DNA from: an uncultured cyanobacterium
GTDB taxonomy: Bacteria; Cyanobacteriota; Cyanobacteriia; Cyanobacteriales; Nostocaceae
NCBI GenBank assembly: GCA_963740315.1
Contig: CAVUDP010000004.1
Span: forward strand, 64,001 to 128,000
Reading direction: 5' to 3'
Length of the DNA stretch: 64,000 bases
Position 1 is the first letter of the stretch. Every line of letters starts with the position of its first letter. The translations under genes were made by a program, and so were the position numbers. Below are positions 39,815-47,733 of this stretch, piece after piece. The notes under the pieces are model-generated. The model did no database searches. It saw only the letters and a program-made list of their open reading frames with translations, and had not been told where the DNA came from.

Positions 39815-39876
39815 GGTTTGTAGTAAGGGCTTAAGCCCCTCCGGATTTAGGGAACCTAAGCCCTTACTACGAACCT
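39815..39876. repeat. REPIN (GTAGTAAGG family)
   Basis: GGTTTGTAGTAAGGGCTTAAGCCC...GCCCTTACTACGAACC. Confidence 0.75.
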
Positions 39877-40181
39877 TAATGAAAAAGATGCTGTAAGTAC
39901 TTAGCCAGAAAACTAAGCTGTAAAAAACCGTTAAAAAAATCTGACTTTTGCCAGATTTAGTCATGACTGTTACAACTCCGCCACGAATCTAAATGTAATT
40001 TGTAATAGTGTTTTGACTTAATCGGTAAGCCAAACTTAAATAAGTCAGTAGCACAAAATAATCCTGCGTTATAAAGAACTTCTACCAAATTCAAGACTGT
40101 TAAATATTGGGAATCTCTACAAATATAAATCCTCAGCAATCGCGAAAAAATATATCGCTCAAATCGAGAGGAGCTTTAATT

Positions 40182-40721
40182 ATGGCAAAAATGGCTATTT
40201 TTTACGGCAGCACTTCCGGTATCACCGAAGAAATTGCGACGAAAATACACGGGCATTTTGGTGAAGAATTGTGCGATATCTTCAGCATGGAAGAAGATTT
40301 CACCAGCGTTGATGAAATGCTTGAGTACGATTATTTGCTTTTCGGTTGTTCTACTTGGGGTTCTGGGGAAGTCCAAAATGATTGGCGGGACCCATTATTT
40401 GAGATGGAAATGGACAAACCGGATTTTACAGGTAAAACTATTGCCTTGTTCGGTGCGGGAGATTATGCGAGCCACGGCGAACAATTTGTCAGCGCATTAG
40501 GAACTTTGTACGATCACTTCAAAAAACTAGGTGCAACATTAGTTGGTGAATTTCCTACCGACGGTTACACCTATAAATATTCCTTTGCAGTGCGCGATGG
40601 TAAATTTATAGGACTACCTATAGATGAAGTTAATGAGAGTGATAAAACCGACGAGCGTATTGCAAACTGGGTTGAGGTGTTAAAACCGCATTTTTCTAAA
40701 GCCCAGTTAGAAACTGCTTAA
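40182..40721 (+). CDS. Long-chain flavodoxin
   Basis: IFYGSTSGITE, GCSTWGSGE.Q.DW, ALFGAGD, F.GLPIDEVNE..KTDERI..W; GAGGAG SD before ATG 40182. Confidence 0.92.
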   Translation: MAKMAIFYGSTSGITEEIATKIHGHFGEELCDIFSMEEDFTSVDEMLEYDYLLFGCSTWGSGEVQNDWRDPLFEMEMDKPDFTGKTIALFGAGDYASHGEQFVSALGTLYDHFKKLGATLVGEFPTDGYTYKYSFAVRDGKFIGLPIDEVNESDKTDERIANWVEVLKPHFSKAQLETA

Positions 40722-40761
40722 AGGATAGTCGATCCGTTTGTGTATTATACGCGCTTAATTT

Positions 40762-40787
40762 AGCCCGCAAAAGCGGGCTTTGTTTTT
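40762..40787 (+). terminator. Intrinsic terminator
   Basis: AGCCCGC-AAAA-GCGGGCT followed by TTGTTTTT, downstream of the flavodoxin. Confidence 0.8.
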
Positions 40788-40809
40788 GGATCGACTTTCT
40801 ACTTTTATC

Positions 40810-41625
40810 TCATTGTTGAGTGAGACTTAGAAGAGGCTGGTTCGCTAAACTATCCAGTTCTTCAGATTTGAGTAAACTTTTCCAGTCTGCGAGTAGTGGA
40901 GCATCTTTGGGTTTGGCAAGACGGGCTTCTCCTAAAGTTGTAAGAGCATTGTGCCAAATCCCGTTTTCTGCATAAAGTGCTGCTTTTTGTAAAGGTGTTG
41001 CTTGCCCGATACGTTTTGCAAGGTCAGAACTTATATTAACTCGTTCTATCCAACCGTCAACTGCCTGTAATTGTGCTGATTGTTGTGGGTTGCATTTGAC
41101 TTTTAATTTCAAAAACCAATGATATTTCTTTTGGTGTTTTGTTTTACTTATTTGTAATGGTTCTTTTGTAGAAATACCTATAATTCCTGGCTTTTCTGGT
41201 TTATTTAAAACAGTCCTATATATTGTTTTACTAGGTTTTTGAGATTCATCTTTGATAACAAATTCCATTTCCGTAATTGATGATTTGTCATCAGGAACAA
41301 AAAACCAAAAAGTAGGATAATCATCGGTTGTTAAACCCCAAATTTTGGTGACTGGAATTTTTTCTCCTCCATCTAAGTTAATGCTTTGCTTGTAGTCCGG
41401 AACCAATGCCATTAGAGATTGCTCGCTATTCCCACATCCCCTACTAGCTGCTCCTCCACGCTCACCTGCGGCACTCCGGTCTGGTGGTGGGGGTGGTGGA
41501 TTAAAATTGATTGAACTATATGAGGTTGTTAGTTGTGCCTTTATTGGTAACAAAGGAGCGATGCTGATTAAAAAAGCCGTAATAAAACCAACAGTAAACC
41601 TTGTTTTATAATGATGAATTTTCAT
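40810..41625 (-). CDS. DUF928-family exported protein
   Basis: Signal-like N-terminus, FNPPPPPP...GGAASRG, LMALVP, GLT...PTFWFFVP, YAENGIWHNAL, W..LL....L motifs. Confidence 0.88.
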   Translation of the reverse strand: MKIHHYKTRFTVGFITAFLISIAPLLPIKAQLTTSYSSINFNPPPPPPDRSAAGERGGAASRGCGNSEQSLMALVPDYKQSINLDGGEKIPVTKIWGLTTDDYPTFWFFVPDDKSSITEMEFVIKDESQKPSKTIYRTVLNKPEKPGIIGISTKEPLQISKTKHQKKYHWFLKLKVKCNPQQSAQLQAVDGWIERVNISSDLAKRIGQATPLQKAALYAENGIWHNALTTLGEARLAKPKDAPLLADWKSLLKSEELDSLANQPLLSLTQQ

Positions 41626-41655
41626 GACCTTGGTTAGTAGTTAGTTGATAGTTGA

Positions 41656-41824
41656 TAAGTGGGTGTGCCTTCATTATTTGTGTCATTGCGTTAGCGCAGC
41701 GTGTCCGATAGGACATGCGACAGCGGATCTTTCTCAAAGTGTTGCGATGAACCGCACCCTACGGGTGAATGCTTCGCTGTCGCTCGCAATGACAAATGTA
41801 CAATTAATTTTGCCTAAGTACTTA
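41656..41824. repeat. Nested repeat element
   Basis: Perfect 10-bp IR TGTCATTGCG/CGCAATGACA (41681-41794) enclosing small hairpins TGTCC..GGACA and CACCC..GGGTG; weak outer TAAGT/ACTTA ends. Confidence 0.6.
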
Positions 41825-41865
41825 ACTATTTAATAAAAATCCCGGCATTTAAATTCTAAAATTGT

Positions 41866-44217
41866 TTAAAGAGGCGAGTTTTTTGTTTGAATTTCAAAGC
41901 TAATAATACGATTGCAAACTACCGTTGTACCTCCGAAAGCAATCATTGCAGGAACTAGGGGAACCCACAATCCTTGGGAAGTTAATAAAATGAGACTGCT
42001 ACCATATAAAATAATTATTCCGACGACCATTGCTATTGTTAAATAAATCGGTTTTCGCAAACACCAACCGATTAAACTACCAGTTACAGCCCATCCCCAA
42101 ACCCAAATTGTTTCACCACCAAGCTCCCAGTTAGATATTAAAACTCGTCCATCTAATGCAGCACTAATTAATTGACTGGTCATTTGCGCTTGCAGAATCA
42201 CTCCCGGTATATTTTTAGATTTTCCTTGGACGGTGTAGGGAGTCAAGGAATAATCTCGAAAACTTTCGGCTGTTGTGCCTATAATAACTATTTTATCTTT
42301 GAATGCTACGGGGTTTATTCCACCTGCTAGCACCTGTCCTAAAGTAACTTGTGAAATAGCTGAGGTTTGTGATGATGAACGATAGTTAAGTAAAATTTGA
42401 TGTCCTAATGCATCAATTTTTTGATATCCTGCCGTATGTGCTTCTAAAACTTTAAATTTAAGTTCCCCCAGTTGCCATGTATTCTGTTGGGGAAATTCTA
42501 AGTTAATCCCTTTATCTTGGAGGTAACGTAAAGCTAACTGTACGCTAAAAGCATAAGGAGTATTGCAAGTAGAAGCGGCAGGAGGAGTTAAAGATAAATA
42601 ATGCCGACGGACTATGTTATCCCGATCGAGAAGAATATCGCTAAAACCCAAGTTATCTGGAGAAACTTCTGGAGGTGGAGCAACACCCAATTTACCTTGA
42701 GAATTACTAACTTTACAAACTGCAAGAAACCGGCTATTCTGCATCCGTTTTGTCAATTCCGGATAATCTTTATCTACTGCATAATCTCGGTATATATCCA
42801 AACCAATAGCTGCTGGTTGATATCGCTCTAGTTTTTCTAAAAGTTTGCTAAGAGATTTGTCAGATAAGGAACCCCGTGGTTTCTCCGACTGCTGCGATCG
42901 CACATCTTCTTCTGTCACAGTGACTACCAGTAGCCGTGAGTCTGGAATCTCGGTAGGACGTAATTGCATTATTTGGTCAAATGCTTTAAGTTCGAGAGGT
43001 TGCAGCACTCCCAAATACCGCACACCCATTAACAGCCCAGTTATTGCTACACTCGCCGCTGCCATTAAACCAAACCCACGGCGATTGATAATCGTTTTAC
43101 CGTGAGTATTTTCAGGTAAAGGTGTATTAGTATTACCTGCATTTATACACAATCCCGACCAAGTTAAAGGCTCCTCAGCAGGATTTTGACAGATAACTGG
43201 TAGCCAAGTAGCGCAAGGAAATTGATTTTCCAATCCTTGTAACCTTTCCCGTGCTTCTCGTACAGATAAATATAAGGTATCTCCCCGTGCAAAGGCTTGT
43301 AAAAAATACTTCAAAAATTCCTGCGCTACTCTATCGGGTACGGGTTCTCGCATCACAATCATTTGGGGAATCTGTAAATCTACAAACTCCCGTGCTAATC
43401 CCAAACCATCACAGGAATTGAAAATCGCTAATTGTAAACCCCTCTCCACTGACTTTTTCAGGGCATACTTTAACTGAGTAATTGTTAGACTTTCAGTTTG
43501 ATTAATGTAAATTTTCCCAGTTTCATTGGGTTGAGTAGCACTGTGTCCGGCGAAAAATAAAATTTGCCAGTTCGCATCCCATAGCTTATCGGTAAGCTCT
43601 TTAGATTCTGGCTCAACTAAAAAAGTGATGTCGGCATTGGGCAACTTTTCGAGAATTGCTCGGTCTGCTTGGGTATCAATTCCTTGACTATCGCCTAAAA
43701 TAGCCAGTATTTTAACTCTTTCATTGGTAGTTGCGATCCGATTAACCTGTTCGTAAATCGGCGCACTCAAAGCGATTTCTGCCTTGGGATAGCGTTCTAG
43801 TAAATCCCATAAATGCCAAGGGAGTTTTTGTAATCGTAGGTCTTTGGTTTGTATTAGTACACGTATGTCATCATCTGGTGTGAGTTTTTCCAGCCATTTC
43901 TCGCGGATGGGATGAAAAGAATCGGAAGCAAGCCAAGTATTAAAACTTACTTTAAACACCTCCGTTACCTGTTGGCATTCTTCTAAACTAGAGGGTTGAG
44001 TAACTTGCTTTGGTAAACCTATGGGGCGAGATGGTAACTGTAAATTACGATAAATAGATTGCCATCTGTTGTAGTTGTGGTAAATTTCTGGATTCGGGGG
44101 CAGCTTGCCCGTAATTTCCACAGTTGGGCGGGCATTTTCAGTACCAATTTGTAGGGTTGCGTAAAACCCTAGCTCAAAGTCTCCCTCTTCTAACTTTAAG
44201 ATGACTAATTTGCCCAT
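41866..44217 (-). CDS. Membrane protein with N-terminal CHAT protease domain and CHASE2 sensor domain
   Basis: CHAT: LPWHLW, ILFFAGHS (His), IFNSCDG (Cys), MREPV, ARERL, WLPV. Then a TM helix, CHASE2 (LELKAFD, IGLDIYRD, GFSD...DNIVRR, KIVIIG, PGVILQAQMTSQLI) and three C-terminal TM helices. Confidence 0.9.
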   Translation of the reverse strand: MGKLVILKLEEGDFELGFYATLQIGTENARPTVEITGKLPPNPEIYHNYNRWQSIYRNLQLPSRPIGLPKQVTQPSSLEECQQVTEVFKVSFNTWLASDSFHPIREKWLEKLTPDDDIRVLIQTKDLRLQKLPWHLWDLLERYPKAEIALSAPIYEQVNRIATTNERVKILAILGDSQGIDTQADRAILEKLPNADITFLVEPESKELTDKLWDANWQILFFAGHSATQPNETGKIYINQTESLTITQLKYALKKSVERGLQLAIFNSCDGLGLAREFVDLQIPQMIVMREPVPDRVAQEFLKYFLQAFARGDTLYLSVREARERLQGLENQFPCATWLPVICQNPAEEPLTWSGLCINAGNTNTPLPENTHGKTIINRRGFGLMAAASVAITGLLMGVRYLGVLQPLELKAFDQIMQLRPTEIPDSRLLVVTVTEEDVRSQQSEKPRGSLSDKSLSKLLEKLERYQPAAIGLDIYRDYAVDKDYPELTKRMQNSRFLAVCKVSNSQGKLGVAPPPEVSPDNLGFSDILLDRDNIVRRHYLSLTPPAASTCNTPYAFSVQLALRYLQDKGINLEFPQQNTWQLGELKFKVLEAHTAGYQKIDALGHQILLNYRSSSQTSAISQVTLGQVLAGGINPVAFKDKIVIIGTTAESFRDYSLTPYTVQGKSKNIPGVILQAQMTSQLISAALDGRVLISNWELGGETIWVWGWAVTGSLIGWCLRKPIYLTIAMVVGIIILYGSSLILLTSQGLWVPLVPAMIAFGGTTVVCNRIISFEIQTKNSPL

Positions 44218-44288
44218 AAATCGTTTTTCACAGATGCCGATGTATCGCCCTTTGACAGCTAATAGAAATGGTATTGAACTTCCGTAAT

Positions 44289-44912
44289 CTATCTTGGTAT
44301 CGATCCGTATATAGCTCCAATACTATCAATCAAATTTGCCGATTTACCATGAAAACCAACTATAGCTTCACCTTTAGGTGCTGTATATGTAGATTCTCTA
44401 TTTCCACCACGACCACCACAGCGGGTCCAATTTATTATCTTGTCAGTACCTTTTCGTGCTAATCCGAATGCAACACTGTCAACTACATTACCGTGTTTTA
44501 CCTTCATAGTCTTAATATATTCATTGGAATTAATCCTTACCGGACAGGTATATCCACCAAAGCCACCTGTTTTTAATTCTGTACCACTGCTATATTTAAC
44601 CTTAATTCCATCAACCACATTTCCCGCAAAGATTGTTATACCTGTTATTTGATTGTCGTTACCATTTTTAATCCTAAAATTTCGACCACCATTTCCCCCA
44701 CTCTGGGAAATAAGAAAAGAATTTGTTGGGGCACCTAATGATACTGCTTCTTTATTTTTTTCTAATTTAAATTCAGTTTTTGAATTATTAGTAGAAGATG
44801 ATTTTTGTGCAACTGCACTATCAATAAATATCATTCCTGCTAACATCGAAACCAAAGTTGCACCACCGAACAAAGCGTTGCGTACATTTCTTCTTTTTGT
44901 TGTGAAGTTCAT
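44289..44912 (-). CDS. Secreted jacalin-related (beta-prism I) lectin
   Basis: Signal peptide ending AVA; three GGxGG loops and three xNxxD(G/S) motifs; ends IVGFHGKSANLIDSIGAIY. Confidence 0.85.
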   Translation of the reverse strand: MNFTTKRRNVRNALFGGATLVSMLAGMIFIDSAVAQKSSSTNNSKTEFKLEKNKEAVSLGAPTNSFLISQSGGNGGRNFRIKNGNDNQITGITIFAGNVVDGIKVKYSSGTELKTGGFGGYTCPVRINSNEYIKTMKVKHGNVVDSVAFGLARKGTDKIINWTRCGGRGGNRESTYTAPKGEAIVGFHGKSANLIDSIGAIYGSIPR

Positions 44913-45139
44913 TTTTCGATTTCCTTTGTATGTAAAAATTTAAAAGAGCAGAAGGTTTAGTTTGTTTACTAATCTCTCTGCATATCACTCTTTACGATGG
45001 CAAATTATTTTTATGCACCCGCCTGACAAAAATTCTTTCAAAAATCTGTAAAGTTCTTATACAGCAAGTAATTAATTCTCTATTTTTGGCTGTATAGTTT
45101 TATAGCTCATATAATAGTTAAAATAACCGGGAACATACC

Positions 45140-46333
45140 ATGCAAGCCCGACAAGGTATTGTGGAAATTTTCTCCACTTTTATAGAATTTGACGTAGATC
45201 AATTTAGTGGTTGGATAACCGACCCGAAACTGCGACGTAGTATAAAACAAAGCGTAGAACGGTCGTCAAATGATGAGTCAGATACCTTTTGGGTACTTTA
45301 TTGGTATAAAGTTTGGCACGATAGCTCCAGTTCTGTAGCACTGGCACATCTTTCTGCGTACTTACAAGAAACGTGCTACTGGAGTGCAAGAAAATTTGCC
45401 CTCAATTTTAAGAGTGATTCAACATTCCCAGACTATTTTCAAATTGCGATCGCTCATCTTGCTAAAATTCTCAAAAGTTTTAACCCCCAATACAGTTCCC
45501 ATTTAAAAAGCTATGCAGAATTAGCTTTTAAGCGGATTATTAAGGATCAGTTGCGCTTACGTCGGGAAACAGATATTTGTTCGGATGTGGCTCTATTACA
45601 TAAAATTAGTCGTAAAAGACTGGTAAAATCATTGCAAAATATGGGTTTGAACACTACTTCTATTGAAAGTTATGTTTTAGCTTGGGAATGCTTTAAGGAA
45701 CTCTACACGAGTGATAACAAAAAGATTCGCCAGCTTACTAAACCTGATGCTCGCACTTGGGAAGCTATAAAAAATCTTTATAATACAGAACGCTTAAGTC
45801 AGCTTTCATCAAGTGACTTAGTTGATTGGCAAACCATAGAAAAATGGCTATTATCTTCTGCTTCTTCAGTTCGTAATTTCCTCTATCCCAAAGTTATCTC
45901 CGCAGATTCTCCCCTCAAAGAAGGTGAAGCTAGTACTTTGTTAGATATATTGCCTGGGGATGGGGAAACATCTTTGATGGCAGAAATTATCAAACAAGAA
46001 GAAACTGCAAATATAGGTTTGCAGCAACATCAGTTAAACATTGTGTTACAGCAAGCAATAACCGCATTAGATGCTGAATCACAACAATTACTACAAGCTT
46101 ACTACGGTCAACAACTCACCCAAAAAGAAATTGCTGCACAATTAAATATTAAACAATATACTGTTTCCCGCCGGATCGCTAGTATTAAAAAGTCATTGCT
46201 GCTGACTCTCACCCAATGGAGTCAAAACACCCTGCATATTTCTCCAAAATCCGACGTAATAGATGCCATGAATACGAGCTTAGAGGAATGGTTTCAATTC
46301 CACTACAGCCATGCCAACACAAGTAAAAACTAA
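45140..46333 (+). CDS. Cyanobacterial sigma-70-like factor
   Basis: EIFSTF...W..D.KLRRS, HLSAYLQETCYW, region-2-like DYFQIA...FNP...LKSYA; region-4 HTH LTQKEIAAQLNIKQYTVSRRI. Confidence 0.8.
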   Translation: MQARQGIVEIFSTFIEFDVDQFSGWITDPKLRRSIKQSVERSSNDESDTFWVLYWYKVWHDSSSSVALAHLSAYLQETCYWSARKFALNFKSDSTFPDYFQIAIAHLAKILKSFNPQYSSHLKSYAELAFKRIIKDQLRLRRETDICSDVALLHKISRKRLVKSLQNMGLNTTSIESYVLAWECFKELYTSDNKKIRQLTKPDARTWEAIKNLYNTERLSQLSSSDLVDWQTIEKWLLSSASSVRNFLYPKVISADSPLKEGEASTLLDILPGDGETSLMAEIIKQEETANIGLQQHQLNIVLQQAITALDAESQQLLQAYYGQQLTQKEIAAQLNIKQYTVSRRIASIKKSLLLTLTQWSQNTLHISPKSDVIDAMNTSLEEWFQFHYSHANTSKN

Positions 46334-46406
46334 AAGTTTATTTATATTTTTTGATATTTATTCTTTTTAGCTTTTACTTTTTACATTTCACTCTCGCAAT
46401 ATAATC

Positions 46407-47555
46407 ATGTTTAACTCACCTTCCCCATCTACTATTGACTCACATCAGCTACATCTGGAAATTCCCCAATTCCAGATGCAAGAACAAGCATACTCAACCC
46501 CCGGTGCTTATCAACGTGCTTGGATAAATCAACTTTGCTTGCAAGCATTTTTACCTTGGTTTAGAGAAGAAATTGACCCCAGCGCCAAAGTATACCCCAA
46601 TACTGCGGCATTACCGAGTTTTTGGGAATTAGTCGATGGTACGGCAATTACTTTTGATACATCTCGCCTACTATTAATTCCTACCCTAGCAATGGATGGG
46701 GATGAGTTACGGGTACCCCAGGAATGGGTAGATATTCCGGAGTTAGTTGCTGATTACTACATTGCAGTACAGGTAAATCCCGATGATGGTTGGATAAAAA
46801 TTTTTGGTTACACAACCCATAAAAGTCTTAAAGAAAAAGGAGTTTATGATGTTGGAGACCGGACTTACAGCCTGGAAAGAGAAGATTTAATCCAAGATAT
46901 AAATGTGTTGTGGGTTACTCGGCAAATAAATTATCCAGAAGCCTTGCGAACTCTTATTGCACCTCTAGCTTCTATTCCCCAAAGCCAAGCGTCCAATCTC
47001 TTAGAACGCTTAGGTAATCCCGATGTCAAATTTCCCCGCTTGGCTGTTCCCTTTCCACTGTGGGGATCACTGATTGCTCATGGTGGCTGGCGCAATAAAT
47101 TATACGAATTACGTCAGGGTTTACCACAGGAATGGTCAATTAGACAATGGTTACAAACAGGAGTAGCAAATTTACCTCAACAGTGGGGATGGAAAAAAAA
47201 GGAATTTGTGATGGTATCTACGGGAATGCGGAGTGGAGAAGCCGTTCAAGGTTTATCTCGGCAATTAATAATTGCGAGCGATCCATATGAGTTACGCATT
47301 TTTCCTAGTGGTAATTCTGAAAACCAGATTGTAAAGTTTGAATTGCGGAGTGCAACCCCTGGTAGCCAAATTCCGGTTGGGTTTAAGTTGCGATTGTTAA
47401 CGGAAGACTTGCAACCGTTTGAAAATAACGAAGATACGGCAATAAATCCTGTGGATATGTTGTATTTGGAAGTAATTTTAGAGCCAGGAGAAGAGTTAGT
47501 TTGGGAAACAGAACCAATTGCTGAGGATTATGAACGAGAGATTTTGCGGTTTTAA
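46407..47555 (+). CDS. DUF1822-family protein
   Basis: NQLCL..FLPW, PSFWELVDGTAI, ELRVPQEWVDIP..VADYYIAVQV, GYTTH motifs. Confidence 0.85.
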   Translation: MFNSPSPSTIDSHQLHLEIPQFQMQEQAYSTPGAYQRAWINQLCLQAFLPWFREEIDPSAKVYPNTAALPSFWELVDGTAITFDTSRLLLIPTLAMDGDELRVPQEWVDIPELVADYYIAVQVNPDDGWIKIFGYTTHKSLKEKGVYDVGDRTYSLEREDLIQDINVLWVTRQINYPEALRTLIAPLASIPQSQASNLLERLGNPDVKFPRLAVPFPLWGSLIAHGGWRNKLYELRQGLPQEWSIRQWLQTGVANLPQQWGWKKKEFVMVSTGMRSGEAVQGLSRQLIIASDPYELRIFPSGNSENQIVKFELRSATPGSQIPVGFKLRLLTEDLQPFENNEDTAINPVDMLYLEVILEPGEELVWETEPIAEDYEREILRF

Positions 47556-47733
47556 CAAGAAAAAAGATTACGATGCGGAAGGTAAAACGATCTTCTAAAG
47601 AGTACTTCTGTTATTCCACCATTGCAAAAAAAATACGATTGTCTTAAGATTCCACAACCGTATTTACCCGTAAACTAGATTCATCTGTAGGCAACCATAT
47701 TGTCCGCCGGTACTTTTTATTTGAGAGTGACTT

